45,104 nucleotides of DNA from an uncultured Bifidobacterium sp. (GTDB taxonomy: Bacteria; Bacteroidota; Bacteroidia; AKYH767-A; OLB10): positions 1 through 45,104 of the forward strand of contig CAZPCA010000006.1 of the NCBI GenBank assembly GCA_964584995.1, given 5' to 3'. The translations under genes were made by a program, and so were the position numbers. Below the pieces are notes generated by a model, which was not told the origin of the DNA, did no database searches, and saw nothing but the letters and a program-made list of their open reading frames with translations. Position 1 is the stretch's first letter; each line of letters starts with the position of its first letter. Below, piece after piece: positions 25,613-36,348 of the stretch.

Positions 25613-26590
25613 TCAATTCTCGCGGGCCATCAAATAATCCGCCAGTGATTTAAGCGGAGCGATTTGTTCAGTGGAAAGTGATAGTGCGTGGAGATGGTCC
25701 AATGCAAGGCCGTAAAGTTCATCCATCTTATTACAGGCGGCTTCCCGTACTTCGAGTTCACCGTAGATGCGTTTTACAGCATTGACTTTGGCACCATGGT
25801 CATCCCCATCATGATTCAGCCATGACCACAGTTCATCCTTGAGTGCTCCTGTAGCCCGTTCTTTGGCAGTGAGAAGAAGATACGTCTTTTTATTGGCAAT
25901 GATATCTCCTCCTTCCTGCTTGCCGAACTTCGCGGCATCACCGAATACATCCAGGATATCGTCTTGCAACTGAAATGCCAAGCCGAGATTGACTCCAAAG
26001 TCATACAAGTGTTTTTGTGCTTCGACCGATGCTTTCGCTACATCAGCTCCGATGGCAAGACTACCGCCCAGCAGTACCGCTGTTTTCAGCCGGATCATTT
26101 CCAGGTATTCGGGAATGGATACATCCGATCGCTTTTCAAAATCCATGTCGAGCTGCTGACCCTCGCACACCTCCATCGCCGTTTTCAAAAACATCTCCAT
26201 CACAGAAGGCATACTGACCGAAGGCACTCCGGACATGAGTTGGCAAGCCTTTACAAACATGGCATCCCCGGAGAGGATGGCAATATTGGGATTCCATTTT
26301 TCATGAACAGTAGCCTTGCCTCTCCGCAAAGGAGCATTGTCCATGATGTCATCGTGCAACAAGGTGAAATTGTGAAACACCTCTATACCGAGTGCTGCAG
26401 GCATGGCATGCATCTCGTTTCCACCGAACATCTTTGATGCCATGAGCACCAGCACCGGACGCATGCGTTTGCCACCGAGGGCCAACATGTACCGGAAAGG
26501 TTCGTAGAGGGAAGCCGGAGATGAAGGGAAGACCAGTCCGGACAAGTTATTCTCCACGTCCAACTGGAGCAGCTCAACGGATTTCTGCAT
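25613..26590 (-). CDS. Polyprenyl diphosphate synthase (trans-isoprenyl diphosphate synthase family)
   Basis: First Asp-rich motif LLHDDIMD and second Asp-rich motif QLQDDILD. GKQEGGDI is also present. Confidence 0.9.
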   Translation of the reverse strand: MQKSVELLQLDVENNLSGLVFPSSPASLYEPFRYMLALGGKRMRPVLVLMASKMFGGNEMHAMPAALGIEVFHNFTLLHDDIMDNAPLRRGKATVHEKWNPNIAILSGDAMFVKACQLMSGVPSVSMPSVMEMFLKTAMEVCEGQQLDMDFEKRSDVSIPEYLEMIRLKTAVLLGGSLAIGADVAKASVEAQKHLYDFGVNLGLAFQLQDDILDVFGDAAKFGKQEGGDIIANKKTYLLLTAKERATGALKDELWSWLNHDGDDHGAKVNAVKRIYGELEVREAACNKMDELYGLALDHLHALSLSTEQIAPLKSLADYLMAREN

Positions 26591-26591
26591 G

Positions 26592-27533
26592 TCAGGCCGG
26601 AACTGAAATCCTTGTATCGATCAACCGCTGAATACCTTCCTCGATGGGGGTCATCGGGCGCTGAAGCAATTGTTTCATCACCGAAATATCGGGACAACGA
26701 CGGGTCATATCCCCTTCCTTCAGCGCTGGCAGAAAAACGATTTTGGATGTCGAATTTGTCAGCTTGATGATTTTCCTGGCCAAATCCAGGATGGTAATTT
26801 CGTAATCGCTGCCAATATTCGCCACATCATTCACTATATAATTACCATAGTATGCATTCAGACAGGCGTCGACATTGTCGTCGATGTAACAGAATGTCCT
26901 TGTCTGGCTACCGTCACCGTAGATAGTGATGTCGTGACCATTCAAAGCGGCATTGATGAAACGGGACATTACAAAATCGGTACTTTGGTTAGGCCCGTAT
27001 GTATTGAAGAATCTGAAAATTGTGTATTCCAGTCCGAACTCCTGATAATACGCCCTCAGATACGCTTCTCCCACGTTTTTCACGATGGCGTAAGGAAGGC
27101 GGGAATTGAGAGGAGTCGTATGTTCGTTTTGCGGGAATTCCACAGGCTCCCCGTAAACCTCTGAACTCGATGAGAAGAAGATGCGCTTGACGCCTGTGTT
27201 TTTACAAAGGTCCAGCACATTGCGTATACCATTCAGGTCGTTCAGGACCATCACCGGGTTGGCGAGTGTCCTCTTGACACCAACCACTGCAGCATAATGG
27301 AATACAAAGTCGAAAGAGAAGGAACAAAAAATCGCGGAGAGGTCGTTGAAATTATTGACATCTGCCTTGATGAATCTGACATTACCATGGCTGGAAACGG
27401 GAATTTTGCGGTAATCACCGGTCAGCAGGTTGTCCACAATCATGACGAAGTTATCCGGATTTTCCGCCAGTCGCAACGCCAGACTACTCGCCACGAATCC
27501 AGCCCCACCGGTAACCAATATTTTAGTTTTCAT
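26592..27533 (-). CDS. NAD-dependent epimerase/dehydratase (extended SDR; nucleotide-sugar modifying)
   Basis: Rossmann motif ILVTGGAGFVAS and catalytic YAIVK (YxxxK). Start taken at MKTKILVTGG. The stop lies 1 nt from the ATG of the polyprenyl synthase gene. Confidence 0.85.
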   Translation of the reverse strand: MKTKILVTGGAGFVASSLALRLAENPDNFVMIVDNLLTGDYRKIPVSSHGNVRFIKADVNNFNDLSAIFCSFSFDFVFHYAAVVGVKRTLANPVMVLNDLNGIRNVLDLCKNTGVKRIFFSSSSEVYGEPVEFPQNEHTTPLNSRLPYAIVKNVGEAYLRAYYQEFGLEYTIFRFFNTYGPNQSTDFVMSRFINAALNGHDITIYGDGSQTRTFCYIDDNVDACLNAYYGNYIVNDVANIGSDYEITILDLARKIIKLTNSTSKIVFLPALKEGDMTRRCPDISVMKQLLQRPMTPIEEGIQRLIDTRISVPA

Positions 27534-27624
27534 CAATCCTGAAGAATATAGCTCAGTACAAAGTAACACTTCGCACCATATACAAAACTAAGAAATCGAC
27601 GTGTAATTCAGAGGCCTTGCAGGT

Positions 27625-27657
27625 AAAAAACAAAGCTGGTTCAGTGGGTTTTCAGCT
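27625..27657 (-). terminator. Weak terminator candidate after rfbA
   Basis: On the minus strand: AGCTG-14 nt loop-CAGCT followed by TTGTTTTTT. Confidence 0.3.
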
Positions 27658-27699
27658 CGTCAGGTAAGCACTTATAGCCATGCCATAGGAGGATTTGGG

Positions 27700-28578
27700 T
27701 CAGATCCTGGCAGACTTATCCTCAGCAACAGACAGCAGATATGCTCCGTAACCGCTCTTCACCAAGGGCTTTGCTAAGGTCTTAAGTCCCTCTTTATCAA
27801 TATACCCCATGCGGAATGCTATCTCCTCAATACAACCTATTTTCAGCCCCTGGCGGGCTTCTATCACCTGAACGAATTGGGCGGCCTGCATCAGGGACTC
27901 GAAGGTGCCGGTGTCGAGCCATGCGGTACCTTTATCCAGGATACCCACTTTGAGCTTACCTGCTTTTAGGTACTCTTTGTTTACATCTGTGATTTCATAC
28001 TCTCCGCGGGCACTGGGCTTCAGATTTTTCGCAATTTGGATTACGTCATTATCGTAGAAATAAAGTCCGGGAACGGCATAGTTCGATTTGGGACTGGAAG
28101 GCTTCTCCTCTATACTGATGGCCTGATTATGCTCGTTGAATTCGACAACACCGTAGCGTTCGGGATCGGACACATGATAGGCAAAAACCACCCCTCCATC
28201 CGGGGCGCTGTTCTCCTGCAACAATTGCTGTAAGCCGGTTCCGTAGAAAATATTATCGCCCAGAATGAGTGCGGCACTGTCGGTGCCGATGAACTTTTCA
28301 CCGATGACGAAAGCCTGGGCCAGACCATTGGGTTCCGGCTGAATAGCATACTCGAAAGTACAACCCAGTGCGTGTCCGTCTCCAAGCAGTTTTTGAAACA
28401 TGGGTTGGTCATGCGGTGTAGTGATAATCAAAATCTCCCGTATGCCTGCCATCATCAGGACACTCAGCGGATAATAGATCATGGGCTTATCGTACACCGG
28501 CATGAGCTGCTTACTAACGGCAATGGTAAGGGGATGAAGCCGGGTTCCCGAGCCACCGGCAAGTATAATTCCTTTCAT
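27700..28578 (-). CDS. rfbA: Glucose-1-phosphate thymidylyltransferase
   Basis: [18 protein letters not shown]...[17 protein letters not shown] is nearly invariant in RmlA/RfbA. Length 292 aa. Confidence 0.95.
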   Translation of the reverse strand: MKGIILAGGSGTRLHPLTIAVSKQLMPVYDKPMIYYPLSVLMMAGIREILIITTPHDQPMFQKLLGDGHALGCTFEYAIQPEPNGLAQAFVIGEKFIGTDSAALILGDNIFYGTGLQQLLQENSAPDGGVVFAYHVSDPERYGVVEFNEHNQAISIEEKPSSPKSNYAVPGLYFYDNDVIQIAKNLKPSARGEYEITDVNKEYLKAGKLKVGILDKGTAWLDTGTFESLMQAAQFVQVIEARQGLKIGCIEEIAFRMGYIDKEGLKTLAKPLVKSGYGAYLLSVAEDKSARI

Positions 28579-28773
28579 ACATCCATATATTTGAAGTGAG
28601 GACAGGATTTCCGGAGTATTTCATCGACCCGGAAGGGTGTCGACTACCTGCCTGACCGTTATACGAAACTACAAAATATAGGGAAAACACCCTCAGACGG
28701 AACTTATCAAGTGTGAATTAAACTAGAATGCCTTTAACAAATTTCAACCGGCTAATCTGTAATTTTACGGCAC

Positions 28774-29796
28774 ATGAACAGGAACTTAAGGGACGGATTG
28801 AATTTCGTGGCGAAGGCGACTCCTGTCAGGATACTGAATGCCCTGAAGGTGGTTTCGTCGTACTATTTTTCGAAAGTAACCGGCCAGGCAAACCAATGGG
28901 GCTTGCCCATTTCCCTTTCGCTGGAACCTACCACTTCCTGTAACCTTCGTTGTCCTGAGTGTCCGAGCGGACTGCGTTCTTTTACGCGTCCAACCGGCAT
29001 GCTGGAAGATGACACTTTTAAAAAAGTGGTGGATGAATTGGGGGATTCGCTGTGGTACCTCATTTTTTATTTTCAGGGAGAACCCTACTTACATCCCCGG
29101 TTCCATGAACTTGTGCACTACGCTTCAGAAAAAGGGATTTACACGGCTACCTCTACCAATGCGCATTACCTGACGGAAGAAAGCGCACGAAAAACCGTAC
29201 TTTCTGGTCTTGACAGGCTCATCATCTCCATTGACGGGACCACACAGCAAGTGTACGAACAATACCGTGTAGGCGGAAATCTGGAAAAAGTCATTTCTGG
29301 TACCCGGGCCATCGTGAAAGCGAAACGTGAGTTGAAATCCTCCACCCCACATATCATTTTTCAGTTTCTCGTAGTAAAGCCGAATGAACATCAATTGGAA
29401 GAAGTGGAAGCACTGGCGAAGGAACTCGGAGTGGACGAAGTCGGATTCAAGACAGCCCAGATATACGATTTCGAACAAGGCAATCCGCTCATTCCTACAC
29501 AGGATCGGTACTCGCGCTATGCCAAACAGTCCGATGGCACCTGGAAAATCAAAAACCAATTGCTACACCACTGCTGGAAACTGTGGCACAGTTGTGTCAT
29601 CACCTGGGACGGGAGTGTAGTTCCCTGCTGCTTCGATAAAGACGCGCACCATAAGCTGGGCAACATGAAAGAAACCTCTTTTCGTGTTTTGTGGCAAAGC
29701 AAAGCTTACGGCGACTTCAGGTCCAGCGTGCTGAGGTCCAGGAGTGAGATAGAGATGTGCAAGAATTGCACGGAGGGCACGAAAGTCTGGGGCTGA
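28774..29796 (+). CDS. Radical SAM enzyme with a C-terminal SPASM-type Cys cluster
   Basis: CNLRCPECPSG is the CxxxCxxC motif. The C-terminal cluster is CWKLWHSCVITWDGSVVPCCFD...CKNC. Confidence 0.9.
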   Translation: MNRNLRDGLNFVAKATPVRILNALKVVSSYYFSKVTGQANQWGLPISLSLEPTTSCNLRCPECPSGLRSFTRPTGMLEDDTFKKVVDELGDSLWYLIFYFQGEPYLHPRFHELVHYASEKGIYTATSTNAHYLTEESARKTVLSGLDRLIISIDGTTQQVYEQYRVGGNLEKVISGTRAIVKAKRELKSSTPHIIFQFLVVKPNEHQLEEVEALAKELGVDEVGFKTAQIYDFEQGNPLIPTQDRYSRYAKQSDGTWKIKNQLLHHCWKLWHSCVITWDGSVVPCCFDKDAHHKLGNMKETSFRVLWQSKAYGDFRSSVLRSRSEIEMCKNCTEGTKVWG

Positions 29797-29863
29797 GCGC
29801 AATTGTCCGTTTTCCAACAGCGAATCATTTTACCGGCTTAACGGGCTTAGCAGGCAATGAAAT

Positions 29864-31177
29864 TTACACTGTATGCCGGTGCGCAGCGGCCTCTCTCATC
29901 AGCTCTTCTATATCCTCCACTTCCAGCGGAATGGACGCCATCAGGTCTACAGGGTCTTTCGTGGTCACAAGGATGTCGTTCTCCAGGCGGATTCCCAGGC
30001 CTTCCTCCGGAATGTAGATACCGGGTTCACAGGTGAAGACCATTCCGGCCTGCATAGGCATGTATCGATCACCGATATCGTGCACGTCGAGGCCCAAAAA
30101 ATGTGAGGTTCCGTGCATGAAATAACGCTTATACAGGGGCATTTCCGGATTTTGCTTCTTCACTTCATCTTTGTTCAGCAATCCGAGCTTGATGAGCTCC
30201 TCCTCCATCACCTTACCCACTTCAACGTGATAGGCTTCGATGGTATTTCCGGGCACCAACATACGTGTTGCTGCTTTCATGACAGTGAGTACGGCATTGT
30301 ACACATCGCGTTGGCGCTGGGTGAACTCGCCGCTGACAGGAACACAACGCGTAAGATCGGCGGAGTAGTTGGCATACTCGGCACCGAAATCCAGTAATAT
30401 CACATCCCCCGACTTGCATTCGCGGTTATTGTCGTTGTAGTGAAGAATACATGCGCTCGGTCCGCTGGCAATGATCGGTGTGTAGGCATGGCCGTTAGCC
30501 CTTTTCCGGATGAATTCATGCGTAATCTCCGCTTCGATTTCGTACTCCATCACCCCCGGTTTCACGAAGCGCAGCACCCTGCGAAAAGCCTTCTCGGTGA
30601 TGTCCATCGCCTTTTGCATCAGCTTTATCTCTAAATCATGCTTGATAGAACGGAGGGAGGCCATCAGTGGTCCGGAGCGTTCAAACGCATGACCGGGATA
30701 AGCGGCCTGCATTTTCTGAGCGAAACGAAGGTCACGGTAGGGCACTTCCGAACTGAAGCGATCGTTTTCGTTGATGTTCACGTATATCCTGGAACAGTGA
30801 TTGAGCAGCATGGGTACCACCGCGTTGTAATCTTCCAGCCACATCACCGTCTGGATGCCGGATGCAGAGCGGGCCTCCTCCTTCGTGTATTTATGCCCTT
30901 CCCAAACAGCGATATGTTCATTGGTCTTACGCACGAAAAGTATTTCCCGGTACTTTGGCAAGGGAGCATCGGGGAACAGCACCAAAACGGTTTGCTCCTG
31001 GTCTATACCACTCAGGTAGAAGAGATCAGAGTTCTGACGAAACAGGTAATTCGCATCACCGTTACGGGGCATCTCATCGTTGGCATTGAAAAAAGCCATA
31101 GAGCCGGGCTGCATTTTAGCGACGAAACGCGTTCTGTTTTCGATGAAAAGTGTAGAGTCAATGGGTGTGTATTTCAT
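29864..31177 (-). CDS. Xaa-Pro aminopeptidase (M24B, aminopeptidase P family)
   Basis: Carries DFGAEY..YSADLTR, HGTSHFLGLDVHD and EPGIY...GIRLEND metal-ligand motifs, plus an N-terminal AMP_N-like domain. Confidence 0.9.
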   Translation of the reverse strand: MKYTPIDSTLFIENRTRFVAKMQPGSMAFFNANDEMPRNGDANYLFRQNSDLFYLSGIDQEQTVLVLFPDAPLPKYREILFVRKTNEHIAVWEGHKYTKEEARSASGIQTVMWLEDYNAVVPMLLNHCSRIYVNINENDRFSSEVPYRDLRFAQKMQAAYPGHAFERSGPLMASLRSIKHDLEIKLMQKAMDITEKAFRRVLRFVKPGVMEYEIEAEITHEFIRKRANGHAYTPIIASGPSACILHYNDNNRECKSGDVILLDFGAEYANYSADLTRCVPVSGEFTQRQRDVYNAVLTVMKAATRMLVPGNTIEAYHVEVGKVMEEELIKLGLLNKDEVKKQNPEMPLYKRYFMHGTSHFLGLDVHDIGDRYMPMQAGMVFTCEPGIYIPEEGLGIRLENDILVTTKDPVDLMASIPLEVEDIEELMREAAAHRHTV

Positions 31178-31391
31178 TGGGTTGTGGTGTGCCGCATGAG
31201 GACACTATGGCGAAAGTACAAAGCGAAAGTGAATGTTGAACCGGTGAGAGAATAATTCTACTCATTCACAGCGGCCAAACAATACCCATTCGGGCTTATG
31301 AACATGGAGATGGGTTAAAAAACTGGTTTTCTGCATTTTACAAGGTGAAAATCTATGCCGACGGATGCGCCTTACATATTGCCGTTCCGAC

Positions 31392-31399
31392 TAAATTTG
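31392..31399 (+). promoter_or_regulatory. -7 box candidate (TAAATTTG)
   Basis: Exact TAnnTTTG match 88 nt upstream of the sdhC ATG at 31488. Confidence 0.4.
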
Positions 31400-31487
31400 T
31401 GGCGCTTCGATCTGAAACCATTTGATTTCACAGTGTGTTATCGGGTTTGAAATTCATCATTATAAACCTCAGTATTCTCATTACGTT

Positions 31488-32279
31488 ATGACGAAATTCT
31501 TTGAGTTTCTTAATTCATCGGTAGGAAGAAAGTGGCTCATGGCGCTCACCGGTCTTTTCCTTTGTCTTTTCCTGGTGGTGCATGTGTCGGGCAACCTGCA
31601 ACTTTTCAAAAAAGACGGCGGACTGGCCTTCAACCAGTACTCGGTCTTCATGACCACCTTCACGCCCATCAAAATCGTTTCCTATCTCTTGTATGCGACG
31701 ATTTTACTCCATGCCATCAATGGCTTTTACCTTGTTTTCCGCAATCAAAAAGCCCGCCCGGTGAAATACGAAGGCAAAAAATCCGGTGCGTCCGCCAGCT
31801 GGGCATCCCGTAACATGGGCGTATTGGGCACTGTACTGCTGATTTTCATTTTCACCCACATGTTTAATTTCTGGTACGCCTATAAGTTCGGATCTATGGA
31901 CTGGAAAACTTACGTCGTGGAATCCACCACAGGCAAACTGCTCGAAGAGCGTACCATTCCGGCAGCAGAAGCGATCCAGCAAAACCTCGTTGCGGCCGAG
32001 CTGGATTACATGGGCAACCGGATCATCATCTGCAAAGACTTATACAGTGTAGTGGCCAGCGCTTTCAAAAATCCTGCACTGAGCGCCTTCTACATCGTCA
32101 GCATGCTTGCGCTCTCTTATCATTTGTTGCATGGATTCCAGAGTGCTTTCCAAACCTTCGGTATCCGCCGTAAAAACTACGAGCGCCTCATCAAAGGGCT
32201 GGGGGTTTCCGTTTTCGGCATCCTAATTCCTGCTCTGTTCGCGGCTATGCCGATTTACTTCCTCCTCATTCAAAAATAA
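31488..32279 (+). CDS. sdhC: Succinate dehydrogenase/fumarate reductase cytochrome b subunit (b558 family)
   Basis: Polytopic 263-aa protein with conserved His in TM helices ([28 protein letters not shown]). It lies directly upstream of sdhA/sdhB. Start taken at MTKFFEF. Confidence 0.85.
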   Translation: MTKFFEFLNSSVGRKWLMALTGLFLCLFLVVHVSGNLQLFKKDGGLAFNQYSVFMTTFTPIKIVSYLLYATILLHAINGFYLVFRNQKARPVKYEGKKSGASASWASRNMGVLGTVLLIFIFTHMFNFWYAYKFGSMDWKTYVVESTTGKLLEERTIPAAEAIQQNLVAAELDYMGNRIIICKDLYSVVASAFKNPALSAFYIVSMLALSYHLLHGFQSAFQTFGIRRKNYERLIKGLGVSVFGILIPALFAAMPIYFLLIQK

Positions 32280-32293
32280 GAACCGATATCGAC

Positions 32294-34207
32294 ATGAAAC
32301 TCGATTCCAAAATACCCGCTGGTCCTCTTTCCGAGAAATGGGATCGCCATAAGTTCAGTTGTAAGCTGGTAAATCCGGCCAATAAGCGCAAATACGATGT
32401 CATCATCGTCGGTACTGGTCTGGCCGGAGCATCGGCCGCCGCCTCGCTGGCAGAGTTGGGATACAATGTGAAAACGTTTTGTTTCCAGGATTCCCCACGC
32501 CGTGCGCACAGCATCGCTGCACAAGGTGGCATCAATGCTGCGAAAAATTACCGCAACGATGGTGACAGTATTTACCGCCTGTTTTATGACACTATCAAGG
32601 GAGGCGACTACCGTGCACGCGAGGCGAATGTACACCGCCTGGCTCAGGTCAGCGTGAACATCATCGACCAGTGCGTTGCACAGGGAGTTCCTTTCGCACG
32701 CGAATACGGAGGATTGCTCGATAACCGTTCATTCGGTGGAGCGCAGGTATCCCGTACCTTTTACGCCAAAGGCCAGACGGGCCAGCAGTTGCTGCTGGGT
32801 GCTTACTCTGCCATGAACCGGATGATCGGCGAAGGAAAAATCAAAAGCTACACCCGCCACGAAATGCTGGAGTTGGTGATGGTTGACGGCCAAGCACGCG
32901 GAATCATCGCGCGGGACCTCGTGACCGGCGAGATTGAACGGCACAGTGCCCATGCCGTAGTTCTGGCTACCGGTGGTTACGGCAACGTATTCTACCTTAC
33001 CACCTACGCACGCGGTTCGAATGCTACTGCCATTTGGAGAGCACACAAAAAAGGCGCCTACTTCGGTAATCCCTGCTTCACACAGATCCACCCCACCTGT
33101 ATTCCCGTATCCGGAGATCATCAGTCGAAGCTCACGCTGATGTCTGAGTCCCTGCGTAACGACGGACGTATCTGGGTCCCAAAACAGAAAGGTGACCCCC
33201 GCCGTCCGGAAGCCATCCCGGAGGAAGACCGTGATTATTACCTGGAACGCCGTTACCCCAGCTTCGGCAACCTTGTCCCTCGCGATATCGCTTCACGTGC
33301 CGCCAAGGACATGTGCGACAATGGTTATGGTGTCGGCAAAACAGGATTGGCCGTTTACCTTGATTTCAGCGATGCCATCCGACGGATGGGAGAAAAAACC
33401 GTTGAATCCAAATACGGCAACCTCTTCGACATGTACAAACAAATCACCGGAGACAATCCTTACAAGACTCCGATGATGATTTATCCTGCAGTACATTACA
33501 CCATGGGTGGTTTATGGGTAGATTACAACCTGATGACCACCATCCCCGGCCTTTATGCCTGCGGCGAAGCCAATTTCAGTGATCATGGTGCCAATCGTTT
33601 GGGTGCGTCTGCACTGATGCAGGGGCTGGCCGATGGATATTTCGTTCTCCCTTATACCATTGGTGATTACCTGGCAGATGTTGAGCGCAAGCCGATAGCG
33701 AACGATACGCCTGAGTTCATGGAAGCGGAGAGTGCAGTCAAAGAACGTATCGGTAAGATGCTCGCCATCAGAGGCACCAAGACCGTTCACGAGTACCATC
33801 GGGAACTTGGACTCATCATGTGGAACCATTGCGGCATGGCCCGAAACGAAGCGGGACTCAATGAAGGGATTCAAAAAATACGGGCGCTCCGCGCAGATTT
33901 TTGGAACAACCTTCTCGTACCTGGTGCTGATCAGGAACTCAACCAAAATCTGGAGAAGGCCGGTAGGGTCGCCGATTTGATTGAACTTGGCGAGCTCATG
34001 ATGGTGGATGCCCTGGACAGAAAAGAAAGCTGCGGCGGCCATTTCAGAGAAGAATACCAAACACCAGAGAACGAAGCCCTGCGTGACGATGAGAACTACG
34101 CTTACGTTGCCGCCTGGGAATACAAAGGTGACAATCAACCCCATGCTCTCCACAAAGAGCCGCTGGTATATGAAAATGTCAAATTGACCCAGCGTTCCTA
34201 CAAATAA
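32294..34207 (+). CDS. sdhA: Succinate dehydrogenase/fumarate reductase flavoprotein subunit
   Basis: FAD-binding motif [15 protein letters not shown], covalent-FAD site [19 protein letters not shown], and [10 protein letters not shown]. Confidence 0.95.
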   Translation: MKLDSKIPAGPLSEKWDRHKFSCKLVNPANKRKYDVIIVGTGLAGASAAASLAELGYNVKTFCFQDSPRRAHSIAAQGGINAAKNYRNDGDSIYRLFYDTIKGGDYRAREANVHRLAQVSVNIIDQCVAQGVPFAREYGGLLDNRSFGGAQVSRTFYAKGQTGQQLLLGAYSAMNRMIGEGKIKSYTRHEMLELVMVDGQARGIIARDLVTGEIERHSAHAVVLATGGYGNVFYLTTYARGSNATAIWRAHKKGAYFGNPCFTQIHPTCIPVSGDHQSKLTLMSESLRNDGRIWVPKQKGDPRRPEAIPEEDRDYYLERRYPSFGNLVPRDIASRAAKDMCDNGYGVGKTGLAVYLDFSDAIRRMGEKTVESKYGNLFDMYKQITGDNPYKTPMMIYPAVHYTMGGLWVDYNLMTTIPGLYACGEANFSDHGANRLGASALMQGLADGYFVLPYTIGDYLADVERKPIANDTPEFMEAESAVKERIGKMLAIRGTKTVHEYHRELGLIMWNHCGMARNEAGLNEGIQKIRALRADFWNNLLVPGADQELNQNLEKAGRVADLIELGELMMVDALDRKESCGGHFREEYQTPENEALRDDENYAYVAAWEYKGDNQPHALHKEPLVYENVKLTQRSYK

Positions 34208-34252
34208 TCCATCGACCCCTCACATTCACGGATAACTCAAGCAAGCAAGATC

Positions 34253-35011
34253 ATGAGTGGAAATATGAACCTGACTTTGAAAGTCTGGAGACAAAAAAAT
34301 GCTAAGGAAAGCGGACGTTTTGAAACATACGACGCTAAAAATGTCAGTCCGGACATGTCCTTCCTCGAGATGCTGGATGTGGTGAACGAAGACCTCATCA
34401 AAGCCGGCAAAGAGCCAGTTGCCTTCGACCACGACTGCCGTGAAGGAATTTGTGGTATGTGCAGCATGTACATCAACGGGCGCGCCCATGGACCCAACAA
34501 AGGGGTTACGACGTGTCAGTTGCACATGCGCAGCTTCAGTAACGGCGATACGATTGTTATTGAGCCCTGGCGCGCTGCGGCTTTTCCTGTTATCCGCGAC
34601 CTGGTGGTAGACCGCTCCGCCTTCGACCGTATTCAGCAGGCCGGCGGCTTCGTATCGGTAAATACCGGATCAGCGCCTGACGCGAATAGCATTCCTGTTC
34701 CAAAGGCCAATGCCGACGAAGCCTTCAATGCTGCTGCCTGCATCGGCTGTGGTGCCTGTGTGGCTGCCTGCAAGAACAGTTCGGCGATGCTGTTCCTCTC
34801 TGCCAAGGTATCACAGTATGCTTTGCTTCCGCAGGGACGTATCGAAGCGAAGCAACGAGTAGCCAATATGCTGAAAGTGCACGACGAGGCCGGTTTTGGG
34901 GCCTGTACCAACACCGAAGCATGCGAAGCCGAGTGCCCGAAGGGAATTTCCGTCTCCAATATAGGACGACTGAACCGCGAATGGGCCGGTGCCGCTTTCA
35001 GCGGAGAATAA
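34253..35011 (+). CDS. sdhB: Succinate dehydrogenase/fumarate reductase iron-sulfur subunit
   Basis: Cys clusters [20 protein letters not shown] and C..ACEAECP. Confidence 0.95.
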   Translation: MSGNMNLTLKVWRQKNAKESGRFETYDAKNVSPDMSFLEMLDVVNEDLIKAGKEPVAFDHDCREGICGMCSMYINGRAHGPNKGVTTCQLHMRSFSNGDTIVIEPWRAAAFPVIRDLVVDRSAFDRIQQAGGFVSVNTGSAPDANSIPVPKANADEAFNAAACIGCGACVAACKNSSAMLFLSAKVSQYALLPQGRIEAKQRVANMLKVHDEAGFGACTNTEACEAECPKGISVSNIGRLNREWAGAAFSGE

Positions 35012-35036
35012 GTACCGACAATACCCATCATGTATG

Positions 35037-35063
35037 AGGAGGGATTGACTCCCTCCTTTTTTT
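35037..35063 (+). terminator. Intrinsic terminator after sdhB
   Basis: AGGAGGG-attgact-CCCTCCT followed by TTTTTTTA. Confidence 0.8.
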
Positions 35064-35128
35064 ATACCCACTTGGTAGATTAAGCTCGGTTTGCTATTAA
35101 CTTAGCATTTTGATTGTCATCCCGACAT

Positions 35129-35671
35129 ATGATGAAGCGCTGGTTGTTTTTATTCTTTCTGTTGATCGGAGTAATAAGTGTGCCGCACACCCTACAAGCG
35201 CAGTGTTTCACTCCCTGTAAGGACTCACTGAAACAGGAAAACCCCTTCTACACTTGCTTCGGAGACTACCTTCCCATCTGTGCTTGTGACGGAAAGACTT
35301 ACCGTAATTCCTGCTTTGCCGAAAACAAATTCGCAATCAGTCAGGGATGTTATACTGATGGTCCGTGCGGGATCTTTGATGTAGATGTCAGTCCCAACGT
35401 CATCGGCGGATATTCCAGTCTTACCTTTCAGTTCGGATTGAGCTTTCAGGTATACAGCAAGGCCCAGAGTTTCCTTCTTGTAAGTATTTTCAACGCGTAT
35501 GGCTACCTTCAAACCAATCAGGTTTTTCCGGTCAGGAAATACATCCAGGGAAACCCGATCGATGCTTTTACAATTTCGACTGCCACCTGGGAAGATGGTA
35601 TTTACATCTGTGAGTTTTTTCTTGAAGGAGAACGAAAAGTGATCAAGGTCTTGAAGCAGCCGGATTTTTAG
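35129..35671 (+). CDS. Small secreted protein: Kazal-like Cys-rich domain plus a T9SS type-A C-terminal sorting domain
   Basis: Signal peptide. YLPICACDGKTYRNSC closely mirrors the Kazal core P-V-C-G-x-D-G-x-T-Y-x-N-x-C. The last ~85 aa (VSPNV...LVSIFNAYG...WEDGIYICEFFLEGERKVIKVLK) look like a Por_Secre_tail. Its stop codon overlaps the acpH stop on the opposite strand. Confidence 0.7.
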   Translation: MMKRWLFLFFLLIGVISVPHTLQAQCFTPCKDSLKQENPFYTCFGDYLPICACDGKTYRNSCFAENKFAISQGCYTDGPCGIFDVDVSPNVIGGYSSLTFQFGLSFQVYSKAQSFLLVSIFNAYGYLQTNQVFPVRKYIQGNPIDAFTISTATWEDGIYICEFFLEGERKVIKVLKQPDF

Positions 35672-36261
35672 ATTGCTTTAGGGATTGCAGAAGCGACCGC
35701 AACGAACTGCCGCAAATCCGGAAAAAAACGTTCGAACTCCATTTCAAAGTCCGCATAGTGCTGCTCCAGGTAATCCGTAGCCCTTTCCATTCCTGAGTCG
35801 AAGGTGGTCCGTTTGGAGAGGCCTGTCAATGCCCTTCGCACGCCCTCGGTGGTTGCATAGTTGAGTAGCCAATTCTGCGCTTCCATGTAGTGCAGCATGT
35901 ACACTGTCCGATCAGGTAGGAGGTGCTGATGGGATCGCAGTAAATCGTACGATTCGCCGGCGAACTGCTGGAGCGAAAGGTGGTGATATTTCAGCCAATC
36001 ACGCGCCAGGAAATGGTCGTAGAAAACATCGACGATAACAGGTGCATACTTACGAAAAACCGGCCGGAGCCTCTCTTTGCTCATCGCTACGACTTCGTGC
36101 GTATCGGTGAAGGTATCGATCTGCCGGTGGAGAAGGATGCCTTCCAAAAACCCTCCCGAATACCGCTGGATCTGACTGCCTTTCACATGGTCGGCGATGA
36201 AATTCCCGATGGTGATTTCCGGGTGGTTTCCTGAGAGATAGAGGTGTGCCAGGTAATTCAT
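35668..36261 (-). CDS. acpH: Acyl carrier protein phosphodiesterase
   Basis: The N-terminus MNYLAHLYLSG....GNFIADHVKG is characteristic of the AcpH family. Length 197 aa. Confidence 0.85.
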   Translation of the reverse strand: MNYLAHLYLSGNHPEITIGNFIADHVKGSQIQRYSGGFLEGILLHRQIDTFTDTHEVVAMSKERLRPVFRKYAPVIVDVFYDHFLARDWLKYHHLSLQQFAGESYDLLRSHQHLLPDRTVYMLHYMEAQNWLLNYATTEGVRRALTGLSKRTTFDSGMERATDYLEQHYADFEMEFERFFPDLRQFVAVASAIPKAI

Positions 36262-36291
36262 CGCTTAGCCTTAGTTACCGTACCGTGCATG

Positions 36292-36323
36292 AAAAAAGGT
36301 GTATTCGCCATGGCGAATACACC
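36292..36323 (-). terminator. Intrinsic terminator after gcvP
   Basis: A perfect 26-nt palindrome GGTGTATTCGCCATGGCGAATACACC (36298-36323) is followed on the minus strand by TTTTTT (36292-36297). Confidence 0.8.
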
Positions 36324-36348
36324 CGATATCTTTTGAACCATTAGCATT

